From a virus (taxonomy: Duplodnaviria; Caudoviricetes): DNA of 64,000 nucleotides. The notes beneath the pieces were generated by a model. It had not been told where the DNA came from and made no database searches. It saw only the letters and a list, made by a program, of their open reading frames with translations. Each line of letters starts with the position of its first letter. The first letter of the stretch is position 1. The position numbers and the translations under genes are program-made. Shown one piece after another: positions 8,065 to 17,845 of this stretch. The DNA lies in the IMG/VR virus record IMGVR_UViG_3300031992_000040, positions 1 through 64,000 of that record, one strand, 5' to 3'.

Positions 8065-10817
8065 TGGCGAAGGTGTTGCAAAACTCCTACTATGTATATA
8101 AAATACCTTCGAATAAAATAAAAGGATTAAAGACGTATTCTTTTAAGGAGGCTGCCAGAGATGGAAATATTGTTTCTATTGGAGATAATTTAGTATTGGC
8201 CAAAATAAGAGAATATTATAATGATGATAGAGATTATATTTCTTTATATGAAGAAGTTCAGAATATAAGAAAAAAGATGAAATCAATTAGGAAAGAACCA
8301 ACCTCTAAGGAAAACATAGAAAAATTAAAAGATTTACAGGAACAATTAGATAAACTATTGTTTGTAGGGGATATAGTAAATATTAAAGTTGTAAAGAAGA
8401 AAGAATATAGAGAATTGGGACGAAATGGATTTTATTTAAATGGGAAACATTATGTTCGCTTTATGGTTGGAGCGGGACAAATGAGAAGAAACACTGTATC
8501 TTTTATAAATGAAGAACTATATGATTTTTTACAAGAAAGACTTATGTGCGGATTAAATGGAAAAATAAAAACTATTAACCTTGCTAAACTATCTGCTTAT
8601 TTCGCATTATCGTTTTCATCTGTTTTATGGGTTAGAAACCCACGTGTTTGTATAATTAAAGATTTTTTTACGAAAATACCAAACCAAAAATTAAATTGGA
8701 TAGATGAAAACAGTGAAGTTTCCCAAATATATAAAGATATAGAATTAAATAGCGCTGATGGTCAAGGATTGATAAGTCCGGAGATGGCAGAACTTTGGGC
8801 TAAAGATATGCATCTTAGTTATACTCCTTGTTCATTTGTTGTAAGAACTGCTTTCATAAAAGGTAATCTTGTTCCATTTGATTTTAAAGGATATGCAAAA
8901 GAACACGGAATAACTACAATAGAAGATAGATATGGAACCGTATATAATATAGATGATATAGACGTTTTGTTATCTGAAAGCCAATTTAAGATGGCAAAAT
9001 ATTATTCTTCTTGGGAGGTTTATAAAAGTTATCACGAAAGTTATAATTTGAAATGGGGAGTCGCCCGTTACAACAAAGAATTTGATGATGAGTATGTTCT
9101 AACGAATTATCAATATATTCAGGTTCTTAATTTGGATGAGGATGATATTAAAGGGCTTATTTCATATACTACGGATTGGATAAGAAAGATTTGCACCGGA
9201 AATCCGGAGTATGCTTTGGCTTATAATGTTGGAGTAAAAAATCCTACTCTTAATGTTGATAGTATAATAAGCTCTTGTGGGAGTGTTTTTACGAAGGCTA
9301 TGATAAAAAATCCAGTAATGCTTCAAGATGGGTTTGTTCAAAGAAAAATATATAACGCAATTAAAGAAAGTATAAGACAAGCAAAGATTGGCAGAATTTG
9401 GGTTAGAGGTAATTATTCTTTTATGATAAGCGACCCTGTAGCTCAATGTCGCAGCGCTTTGGGTTTAGAACCGGAAGGTATAATTCCGGCTGGGTTTGTA
9501 TATTCTGAATTTTGGAATGATAGAACTTATAGTGATGAAATAGTTTGCTGTCGAAGCCCTCTAACTCATTATAGTGAAATTAATCCTATGAAACTTTATA
9601 ATGATGCAGAAGCGAAGAAATGGTATAAACATATATACAGTGGAGTTATATATAGTATTTATGATATTAGTGTGGTATTACACGCAGATAGTGATTTTGA
9701 CGGGGATATTTGTATGTCTACGGATAATAAGTATTTTATTAAAGGGGCAAAAAGAGAAGAGCTTCCTATAATGTATGAAAAAGAATCCGTTCCTACTCAA
9801 AAAATTACATTGCCAAATCAAGTTAGATGTGATGTAAGAGGTCTTGATACTAAAGTTGGACAAATAACAAATTATTCAACAAGTATGATGGCTATGCTTC
9901 CTTTATTTAAAGACGAAAAGCAAACTGAGCAAAGGTTGGAAATAGAAAAGAGATTAAAATTATTGCGTAAAATTCAAGGAGATGAAATAGACAAAATAAA
10001 AGGAATAAATCCTCCAAGTTTTCCGAAATCTTGGAAGAATTGGGTAAAAATAAATAAAGATGATGATGATATTACAAAGGCAGAAAAATATAAATATAAT
10101 TCTATGGTTGTTAAGAAAAAGCCTTATTTCTTTATTTATTTATATGGAACACTTATGAATGATTATCGTGTTTATGAGAAAAATTTTAATAGTATAAGTT
10201 TAACCCATTTTGGAGTGCCGATTAAGAATTTATTAAAAAAGAAAGATAGAACTGAATCCGAAACGAGTCTTGTTAGAAAATATAGAAAATATTCCCCAGT
10301 ATTAGAAACTAATTGCGTTATGAATTTACTTTGTAAAGATATTGAAAATATCGAGTTTGATATAAAATATCATCCAAACAAAAATAGTCTTTTACCTAAT
10401 TTTTATAAAGGAACAGAGATAGATGATAAAAAACTTTATAAAATAGAAGAACTTTATAAAAAATATAAAGCAAAGAAGAAATATAGAAGCATAGAGACCT
10501 TAATTGCCAATGAGGGGATACAAGATGATGATATGAATGAACTTCTTCGGGATATTTTATATGCAAATTTAGATGAATACAAAAAACAAATGTATGAAGA
10601 GTTTAGTTCTTCGAAGGAATTATTCGATTATCTTATTACTATGTGCCAAAAAAATAATATTTCTTATGATTGTATTTGGGACATTTTAGGTGAAGATATT
10701 ATAGATATTATTCCTTATGGAAAATCACAGGTGATTGTGGAGGATGAAACCGGCTTTGAATATCTAGGGAGATACTATTCTTTATGTGAGGTGAAAAAAG
10801 ATGATAATATTCGATGA
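8064..10817 (+). CDS. yonO: YonO-type single-subunit (double-psi barrel) DNA-dependent RNA polymerase
   Basis: Catalytic DSDFDGD, DGQGLISP, VRTAFIKG, CRSP; 917 aa; lies upstream of the late module as in SPbeta. Confidence 0.88.
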   Translation: MAKVLQNSYYVYKIPSNKIKGLKTYSFKEAARDGNIVSIGDNLVLAKIREYYNDDRDYISLYEEVQNIRKKMKSIRKEPTSKENIEKLKDLQEQLDKLLFVGDIVNIKVVKKKEYRELGRNGFYLNGKHYVRFMVGAGQMRRNTVSFINEELYDFLQERLMCGLNGKIKTINLAKLSAYFALSFSSVLWVRNPRVCIIKDFFTKIPNQKLNWIDENSEVSQIYKDIELNSADGQGLISPEMAELWAKDMHLSYTPCSFVVRTAFIKGNLVPFDFKGYAKEHGITTIEDRYGTVYNIDDIDVLLSESQFKMAKYYSSWEVYKSYHESYNLKWGVARYNKEFDDEYVLTNYQYIQVLNLDEDDIKGLISYTTDWIRKICTGNPEYALAYNVGVKNPTLNVDSIISSCGSVFTKAMIKNPVMLQDGFVQRKIYNAIKESIRQAKIGRIWVRGNYSFMISDPVAQCRSALGLEPEGIIPAGFVYSEFWNDRTYSDEIVCCRSPLTHYSEINPMKLYNDAEAKKWYKHIYSGVIYSIYDISVVLHADSDFDGDICMSTDNKYFIKGAKREELPIMYEKESVPTQKITLPNQVRCDVRGLDTKVGQITNYSTSMMAMLPLFKDEKQTEQRLEIEKRLKLLRKIQGDEIDKIKGINPPSFPKSWKNWVKINKDDDDITKAEKYKYNSMVVKKKPYFFIYLYGTLMNDYRVYEKNFNSISLTHFGVPIKNLLKKKDRTESETSLVRKYRKYSPVLETNCVMNLLCKDIENIEFDIKYHPNKNSLLPNFYKGTEIDDKKLYKIEELYKKYKAKKKYRSIETLIANEGIQDDDMNELLRDILYANLDEYKKQMYEEFSSSKELFDYLITMCQKNNISYDCIWDILGEDIIDIIPYGKSQVIVEDETGFEYLGRYYSLCEVKKDDNIR

Positions 10818-11586
10818 AAAAAAATATGGAGAACATATTATTAAAGATAAACAATACTTGACCATAAAGAATCAGGGAAAAGAAAGAAGGTCTTTGGTTA
10901 GATATTTATTAAATGAAGGAAAAAGCAGAGAAGAAATTTTAAATATTTTATTACAGATTCCTATGGGAAAAGAAGATTATCTTTCTGAAAAAGAAAAGAT
11001 TTGTATTTATAATAAAATTATAGATAAAGCCGGTGATTTTCAATTTATTACTGGTGTGAGTGTGAAAATATATAAAGAAGAATTAGATATCATATCTTCT
11101 TTAGAGGATGAAAATCTTCAAAATTTAATGTTCATATATTTAGTTTATTATAAGTGGGGAAAACAAAATAGTTGGTTGAGTTTTTATAGTAAGAAAAATG
11201 ATGTTATTATGGTGCAAGATAACAATGTTGATATTTGGAAACTTGCTGGTGTTTTCAAATATAGGGTTGCAGAAAGATACGTTATGTGTAATAAACTTTA
11301 TAATATGGGGCTTTATAGAATTGATAATTTTAAAGCAAATAATTATATATATATACCGTTTTGTAAAGACGAGGGAACTCCCGTAATTGAGATAAATAAT
11401 TATGATAATATTTTAGGAGAGTGGCTCATTTATAACAAACCAGAAAATTATAAGCGCTGTGCTATTTGTTCTAGGGTTATAAAAAAGACTCGTTCTCCTA
11501 AAAAATATTGTTCGTTTTGTGCAAGAGAAGAGAACATAAGAAAAACCGTTGAAAGAAGAAGGTGTTTGAAATCCCAACAGCATTAA
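10801..11586 (+). CDS. Protein with C-terminal Zn ribbon, overlapping the RNAP gene
   Basis: CAICSRVIKKTRSPKKYCSFC; GAGGTGA RBS inside the yonO 3' end. Confidence 0.75.
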   Translation: MIIFDEKKYGEHIIKDKQYLTIKNQGKERRSLVRYLLNEGKSREEILNILLQIPMGKEDYLSEKEKICIYNKIIDKAGDFQFITGVSVKIYKEELDIISSLEDENLQNLMFIYLVYYKWGKQNSWLSFYSKKNDVIMVQDNNVDIWKLAGVFKYRVAERYVMCNKLYNMGLYRIDNFKANNYIYIPFCKDEGTPVIEINNYDNILGEWLIYNKPENYKRCAICSRVIKKTRSPKKYCSFCAREENIRKTVERRRCLKSQQH

Positions 11587-11623
11587 AACGCTGATATAAT
11601 TGATTCTTTTCTAAAAGAATCAA
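11565..11623 (+). promoter_or_regulatory. Candidate late-operon promoter/operator
   Basis: TTTGAAATCCCAA (also at 1625-1637), TG-A-TATAAT 11592-11600, dyad TTGATTCTTTT-ct-AAAAGAATCAA 11600-11623. Confidence 0.5.
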
Positions 11624-11672
11624 AAAGTTTTATTAAAGAGGTAGAAAAGCAAGGAATAAAAGGGAGATTAAG

Positions 11673-12866
11673 ATGATTGGATTTCAAAAAAAACCAAATG
11701 AAGGTGAATATGCATACATTTGGAGAATTTGTGACAACAAAGACTTAATAGGCACCTGGCAGGATGTTTGCGATTTATTAAACTCTGAATTACAACACGA
11801 CTATAATGAATCTTGGTATAGAAAGTTGTATCAAAGTTATATTATGATTTTTGATGAGATTAAAGATAAGTATTTAGAAAATGAAGTTTTAAAGGAAATG
11901 GAAGTTCAAAAGAGAGAACTTCAAAAAGAGAGAAATAAATTAAACGCAACGAAGGTTGAGTATAGTAGAGATATTAGGCAACAATCTAGGTTTGAGTTAT
12001 TTTATGAAAATATTAAAAATAATATAAACAAACTTGAACCTCCTGAATCTATTGACAGGTTTGCTTATGGTTCCGATATGGAATATATATTAACAATAGC
12101 AGATATTCATTGTGGAGCAAATTTTGTTGCCGAAAATAACAGTTATTCTTTAGAAGAGTGTTCAAAAAGATTTGATATATTATTGGCGGAAACAATAAAA
12201 TTTGTAACCAAAAATAGACTTTCTCATATTAATATATTAGAGTTGGGAGATTCTATTCAGGGAATACTTAGAATGAATGATTTAAAAATTAATGAATCTA
12301 GTGTGGTTGAAGCAACTATTTGTGTTGCAAAATTGATAGCAAGATTTTTAAATAAGTTATCTGTTTATTGTGATATTGATTATTATCATTGCCCTACTTC
12401 TAATCATTCTCAGATGAGATTATTAAATGCGAGAGCAAGCGAACTTGCTAGTGAGGATATTGAATATATTATTAGTAATTATATAAAAGATGTGCTGTCT
12501 GATAATGACGCAATAAATGTTCATACTAATTTTGGTAAGGAATATATTGAGTTAAATATTTTTAAATACAATATTGTTGCTATGCATGGGCATCAAATTA
12601 AGAATATAGACTCTTCTTTGAGGGATTTATCCCAGATGAAAAGAAAATTTTATGATGTTTTGTTTTTAGCTCATTATCACGGAGGTATTGAAAAGATTAT
12701 TGGTGAAAATATTCATAGTGATACTGAGGTTATTATAAGTCCAAGTTTTGTTGGTAGCGACCCTTATTCTGATAGTTTAATGAAGGGAGCAAAAGCTGCT
12801 TGTAAAATATATGGATTTGAAGAAAATAAAGGACACATTGAAACTTATAAAATAGTTTTAAATTAA
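11673..12866 (+). CDS. Calcineurin-like metallophosphoesterase with N-terminal coiled coil (YonJ-like)
   Basis: ADIH, LGDSI, SNH, MHGH, AHYH. Confidence 0.8.
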   Translation: MIGFQKKPNEGEYAYIWRICDNKDLIGTWQDVCDLLNSELQHDYNESWYRKLYQSYIMIFDEIKDKYLENEVLKEMEVQKRELQKERNKLNATKVEYSRDIRQQSRFELFYENIKNNINKLEPPESIDRFAYGSDMEYILTIADIHCGANFVAENNSYSLEECSKRFDILLAETIKFVTKNRLSHINILELGDSIQGILRMNDLKINESSVVEATICVAKLIARFLNKLSVYCDIDYYHCPTSNHSQMRLLNARASELASEDIEYIISNYIKDVLSDNDAINVHTNFGKEYIELNIFKYNIVAMHGHQIKNIDSSLRDLSQMKRKFYDVLFLAHYHGGIEKIIGENIHSDTEVIISPSFVGSDPYSDSLMKGAKAACKIYGFEENKGHIETYKIVLN

Positions 12867-12902
12867 TGTCTTTTTTTTATGGAAGAAAGGTGTTAGAGAT
12901 AA

Positions 12903-13724
12903 GTGGGGAATATAAAAGTTAGAAGCGTAAAGGTTGGCGGAGCAAAGGATATTTGCCAAAATAAAAGCTGCTCTCGAGCAGGAATACCTTTACCATTAGA
13001 TGAATTTTATAAATCCAGAAATCCTAATATACAACATAGTTTATTTTGCAAAGATTGTATCAGAAAAAAAATAAAACCGGGAGATTTTGAATCTTTATAT
13101 GAGTTATTAAGAATTTTGGATATACCGTTTATTCAAGATGTTTATGATTCTGTTTTATCTGATAGGCAAAGCAAAGATGAATTTATAGATAGATATATTA
13201 GAGAGATGGAAACAAAAGAGCAATATATTGGTTTAACTTTTGAGGACAGTTCTTATGATTCTACTGTGGGAACTTTAAGAGAAAAGTCAACCAAAGATAG
13301 TAGTTCTCCTAAATGGAGCGATGAGTGGCAAGGAGAATATACTGAAACAGAGTTAAAATATCTTAATGATTATTATGAGGGTTTGAATAATGATTTTAAG
13401 ATAGTTACAACAAATCATAAAGATTATGCAAGAAAAATTGCACAAGCATCTTTATCTCAGGCAAGAGCTTATCAAAAGCTTTTAAACGGAGAAGATGGAG
13501 CAGACCAATTATATGAAAAGGCGACAAAAATTTTTGATATGTTATCTAAATCTGCACAGTTTGCAGAAAGCAGGAGGGGAGCAAGTGATGTTTCTCTTGG
13601 ATGTTTTGGGAAGGTTTTTGATGCTGTTGAAAAGCATAATTGGATTCCAAAGCACGTTCCAGATGATGATGATATGTATGATAAACTATTAAAACAATTT
13701 TCAAATATAGAGAGGTCTTTATAA
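12903..13724 (+). CDS. Probable terminase small subunit with N-terminal Zn finger (YonG-like)
   Basis: FYKS...FCKDC...LDIPF; directly upstream of the large terminase. Confidence 0.6.
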   Translation: MGNIKVRSVKVGGAKDICQNKSCSRAGIPLPLDEFYKSRNPNIQHSLFCKDCIRKKIKPGDFESLYELLRILDIPFIQDVYDSVLSDRQSKDEFIDRYIREMETKEQYIGLTFEDSSYDSTVGTLREKSTKDSSSPKWSDEWQGEYTETELKYLNDYYEGLNNDFKIVTTNHKDYARKIAQASLSQARAYQKLLNGEDGADQLYEKATKIFDMLSKSAQFAESRRGASDVSLGCFGKVFDAVEKHNWIPKHVPDDDDMYDKLLKQFSNIERSL

Positions 13725-15484
13725 TAAAAAAAGGTGCCGAGAGAGTCAAAAGTAATAGAGACTTATCGGTAAAATATGACACAATAAATAATGCCACTTC
13801 TTATGACCCTATAAATCAAGAAGCTATAGATTATGAGGAGTGGACTAAGGTTTTATCATACTACAGATATTATTTGGATGAATTTGCAGTAGATATGTTG
13901 GGAATTAATTTATTCCCATTTCAAAGATTAATTTTGAGAGCTATGGCTAGATATCAAAACAGTATGATGATTTGCTGTCGTGGTATTGGTAAGTCTTGGC
14001 TCTGTGGTGTATTTATGATTTGTATGGCTATTCTATATCCTGGTATGGCTATAGGTATAGTATCTGGAAATGGAAATCAAGCCCGAATGGTTGTTAAACA
14101 AAAAATAGAGGGCGAACTTATAAAAAATGAAAATATAAGAAGAGAAATAAGTAATATTAGAACTGCGGCAGATGATTGTATTGTCAGCTTTAAAAATGGT
14201 AGTTCTATTAGAGCAATAACTTTAGGAGTTGGACAGCGCGGTGATTCTGCTCGTGGTTGGCGTTTTCAATTAGTTTTAGTAGATGAAGCTCGTTTGGTTA
14301 GAGATTCTACTTTAACAGAAGTAATTAGACCAATGATTAAGACTCCTAGACAAAACGCTATAGATTTGCACGATAAATATCCGGATGATAGTCCAATCGA
14401 AAGTGGTAGAATGATATATATATCTTCTGCCTGGTTGAAGACTTGTGATTTATTTCAAAAGTTCTTAAACTTTTATTATTCTATGATAAAAGGAGACCCT
14501 CATTATTTCGTTGTTAGTTTGGATTATAAAGTTGGAATAGATGCGGGGTTGTTTTCTTTAGAAGATATAATGAGAGAAAAAGAAAGCCCAGATATGACTT
14601 TGGACAAATTTTCTTATGAATATGAGGGGGTTTTTGTTGGAAGCTCTAATGATAGTTATTATCCTTATTCTTTAACAAATTCTTGCAGAACTTTGGATAG
14701 GTGTGAATTGAAACAGCCAAAAAAAGGAACTTATTCTTATATAATAACACACGATGTTGCAGTTTCAACAAAAGCCGGTTCAGATAACTGTTGCACCCAC
14801 GTTATTAAATTAATTCAAAAGCCAAATGGAATTTTTAATAAAGATGTTGTTTTTACTAAAACAATGAATGGTGCAAGTTTAAAAGAGCAAAAAGAATTAA
14901 TTAGGGAATTATATCATATAAGGTTCCCAAATACAGAGAAGGTCGTAATAGACGTTCAAAGTGCTGGACAAGGTTTGTTGTCTTTATTAGAGGAGCCTTG
15001 GAGCTACAAAGATGAAAAGGGAGAAATAATTGAATTTCCTCCATTGATTTGCGATGATGATGAAGAAACGATTAAAGAACTCCCAGATGCTCTTCCGGTA
15101 ATAAGAGGAATTAAAGCTACTGTTGAGTTCAATAGTATTTTTTATCCTTATATGAAAAGTTGTTTTGAAGATAAAACTTTAAGATTGTTGGTTGATAGTA
15201 GTGAAACGGACGAGGCATATAAAAATGGAGATTATTCTCCTGAGGAACAAGTTATGCACGTTGAGCACGACAATTTGGTTCAAGAGTTAAGTAATATAAA
15301 AAGGACATTTGGGGTTAATGGACAAATTGTTTATACTAGAATAGTTAAAACCGCAAAGAGAGACCGTGCTACATCATTAATGTATGGATTATCGGTTATT
15401 CTTGAATATGAAAAACAAGCAAAAGCTGATGCTCAAAAAACAGATGTGGACGTTTTACAATATTTATCAGGATATATATATTAA
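13721..15484 (+). CDS. terL: Terminase large subunit (likely ATA start at 13721; ORF track starts at 13874)
   Basis: LFPFQ, CRGIGKS Walker A, VLVDEA Walker B, YISSA, HDVA, VIDVQSAG, KRDRATSLMYG. Confidence 0.9.
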   Translation: MIKKGAERVKSNRDLSVKYDTINNATSYDPINQEAIDYEEWTKVLSYYRYYLDEFAVDMLGINLFPFQRLILRAMARYQNSMMICCRGIGKSWLCGVFMICMAILYPGMAIGIVSGNGNQARMVVKQKIEGELIKNENIRREISNIRTAADDCIVSFKNGSSIRAITLGVGQRGDSARGWRFQLVLVDEARLVRDSTLTEVIRPMIKTPRQNAIDLHDKYPDDSPIESGRMIYISSAWLKTCDLFQKFLNFYYSMIKGDPHYFVVSLDYKVGIDAGLFSLEDIMREKESPDMTLDKFSYEYEGVFVGSSNDSYYPYSLTNSCRTLDRCELKQPKKGTYSYIITHDVAVSTKAGSDNCCTHVIKLIQKPNGIFNKDVVFTKTMNGASLKEQKELIRELYHIRFPNTEKVVIDVQSAGQGLLSLLEEPWSYKDEKGEIIEFPPLICDDDEETIKELPDALPVIRGIKATVEFNSIFYPYMKSCFEDKTLRLLVDSSETDEAYKNGDYSPEEQVMHVEHDNLVQELSNIKRTFGVNGQIVYTRIVKTAKRDRATSLMYGLSVILEYEKQAKADAQKTDVDVLQYLSGYIY

Positions 15485-15493
15485 GAAAGGTAG

Positions 15494-17107
15494 GTGTATA
15501 TAGTGAGTAAAGAAGAACAGACTGAAAAATTAACAGAACAAGAAGTTGTAGAAACATTAGAAGCTCTTCAGAAGGCATTTGATGTAACTGAATTTGCTCA
15601 AGGATATAAAACTGGTGTTTATTCGCCTATGATTCAAAATGAACTTATGAAAAATATGAATGTTTCTGCCACTACCCCAGATAAATCTGGAATAGAAAGT
15701 TCTTTATCCGACCCTGCTAATCACGAGGAGGAATTAGTATCTTTTAGTCAATCTTATTATTTTAGTAGTTTGATGTATAAGAGAAATATGGAGTATATAG
15801 CCACCCTACCTGCTTTTGATTTAGAGATGACTTGCATTAATGCTGAGCCGGAAGATTATAAGACTAGCAAATATCAAAGGGATTATAAGATTGTTGCTGA
15901 CTTTTTTGATAAATTTAATTATAGGGCTCAATTTAAAGAAATTCTATGGAATTTGGTTATGAGCGAATCTTATTATGGGATGTTCAGAGAGTTTGAAACA
16001 AAAAGTGTAATGCAACAGTGGCCTAGTAAATATGCAAAAATAACAGGAAAATTTGAATATGGTTTACTTTATGATATAGATATGAACTATTTTATGCAAG
16101 GAACTGTAGATTTAGATTGTTATCCTGATTGGGTAAAGAAAAAATATAAAGAGGTATTTAATGGCAAAAATGATGCTTATATACCATCTAATAAAATAAA
16201 TCATAGAACTGGTAAATTTGCACAGTGGGTTCAAACATCTCCGGAAGAAGGATTCTGGTGCTTTAAATTTAATCCAAAACATTCTTTGGATGTGCCATTT
16301 TTTAGTGCTATGTTGCCAGAAATGGCAATAGTTCCAGTTATGAGAAAATTGCAGGTAGACCAAAGTTTAGCTGCCGCTAGAAAATTATTGGTAAGTTCAA
16401 TTCCTTATTTAAAGGAAAAGAAATCTTCCAGTGTAGCTAACCAATTAGCTATCGATGCTGGAGTTTTAGGTAAATTTATAGGATTAGCAGCACAAGGTCT
16501 TGAAAATGCAATAAAAATTTTAGCATTACCTACGGAAGATATAAAGGGTGTAGAATTTAAAAACACAGACCAAAATACATATAAAAATTTTATGGCTGTT
16601 ACAAGTTCATTATTGAGTGGAGGAAAAGTAATATTCTCTACTGATGAAAATATGAACGCTATTGAAACTCAATTATCTTTAAACTTAGATGAGTTATTGG
16701 TTGAATCTGTTTATCCTCAATTTGAGGAGTTTTTAAATTATAATGTAAATAGAAAAACTAAAAAATTTAAGTGGAGATTTAGATTTGTTGGTGCAGAAGA
16801 CCAATTTGATAGAAAGAGAAGACAAGAGGAAGCATTTAGATATGCGGATAAAGGTGTAGTATTACCAAATAAAATTGCATCTTCTTTAGGTTTAAATAAA
16901 ATTGAGTTAGAAAGAGAGCTTAATGAAGCCAAAGAAACTGGTTTTGTTGATAAATTGATGATGATGTTAAATGTAAATACGTCATCTTCTGATACTTCAA
17001 ATGGAAACCCCGTTGGAAGACCACGTAAAACAGAAGATACTTTGACCGTTAGTGGTGTAGAGTCTAGGTCTCGAGCTTCCAATATAGAAAAAGGTGGAGA
17101 AATATAA
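15494..17107 (+). CDS. Portal protein
   Basis: 537 aa directly after TerL; basic tail GRPRK typical of this portal group. Confidence 0.75.
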   Translation: MYIVSKEEQTEKLTEQEVVETLEALQKAFDVTEFAQGYKTGVYSPMIQNELMKNMNVSATTPDKSGIESSLSDPANHEEELVSFSQSYYFSSLMYKRNMEYIATLPAFDLEMTCINAEPEDYKTSKYQRDYKIVADFFDKFNYRAQFKEILWNLVMSESYYGMFREFETKSVMQQWPSKYAKITGKFEYGLLYDIDMNYFMQGTVDLDCYPDWVKKKYKEVFNGKNDAYIPSNKINHRTGKFAQWVQTSPEEGFWCFKFNPKHSLDVPFFSAMLPEMAIVPVMRKLQVDQSLAAARKLLVSSIPYLKEKKSSSVANQLAIDAGVLGKFIGLAAQGLENAIKILALPTEDIKGVEFKNTDQNTYKNFMAVTSSLLSGGKVIFSTDENMNAIETQLSLNLDELLVESVYPQFEEFLNYNVNRKTKKFKWRFRFVGAEDQFDRKRRQEEAFRYADKGVVLPNKIASSLGLNKIELERELNEAKETGFVDKLMMMLNVNTSSSDTSNGNPVGRPRKTEDTLTVSGVESRSRASNIEKGGEI

Positions 17108-17123
17108 ATAGGAGGATATAGAG

Positions 17124-17636
17124 ATGGAAGGATTATTAACTACAGAAATAAAAAGCTCTTTAGAAAAGATTATTTCTAAGTGTTTTTTTAACAATAGAAT
17201 AATGGATAGAATGTGTAGTATATTATCTATTAATTTTGCAATGTCTAATACTTCTAATATTCTTCATAAAAGATTGGCTCACTTATATCCTGTATTAGCA
17301 GATGATGTTTCTGATTATATGGATGCAAGAGATTGTTCTGTTATTTATGGAGCAACTCCAGTGGGAGACCAAGAATATGAGAGTGTTTTAGAATGTTTTA
17401 ATAAGATTTTAGAGCTAAATTTAGATTTAGAATCGGAAATTAAAAATTCTATAAAAGTTGCAAATGAGATAAATGATTATGCTACAAAAGTTTTTCTTGA
17501 GAACTTTTTATTAAAAATAATTTCTATAACAAAAGATATATTGCTATTAGTTGATAAAGCTGAAATGTATGGGGATTCAGATATTAATATTATGAAATTA
17601 GACCACGATATTCCTGATTTCGGAGTATTTGAATAA
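17124..17636 (+). CDS. Ferritin-like four-helix-bundle protein
   Basis: 170 aa, helical; ECFNKILELNLDLESEIKNSIKVANEINDYATKVFLENFL matches the ferritin helix C-D pattern. Confidence 0.6.
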   Translation: MEGLLTTEIKSSLEKIISKCFFNNRIMDRMCSILSINFAMSNTSNILHKRLAHLYPVLADDVSDYMDARDCSVIYGATPVGDQEYESVLECFNKILELNLDLESEIKNSIKVANEINDYATKVFLENFLLKIISITKDILLLVDKAEMYGDSDINIMKLDHDIPDFGVFE

Positions 17637-17845
17637 TGTTTATATCTAATATAGATTCTGGTTCTCATAGATATTATATCTGTGGAAAGGTTATAGGAAA
17701 TTATTTAATAAAGAGTGGAATACCACTTCTAAGTAGATTGGAGGATAAAATGGTATTCTCAAAAACACATAAACTTCAGAGGGTTTTATCTAATATGCCT
17801 TCTTTTTATAAAGTTTTATCTAAGGTAGGTGTTATTGATGGATAA
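17636..17845 (+). CDS. Hypothetical protein
   Basis: TAATG coupling, GGAG RBS. Confidence 0.65.
   Translation: MFISNIDSGSHRYYICGKVIGNYLIKSGIPLLSRLEDKMVFSKTHKLQRVLSNMPSFYKVLSKVGVIDG

Noticed and set aside
8064-10817. Eukaryotic RNA-dependent RNA polymerase
   Set aside because: The DFDGD fold is shared, but the phage context and synteny indicate the YonO DNA-dependent group.
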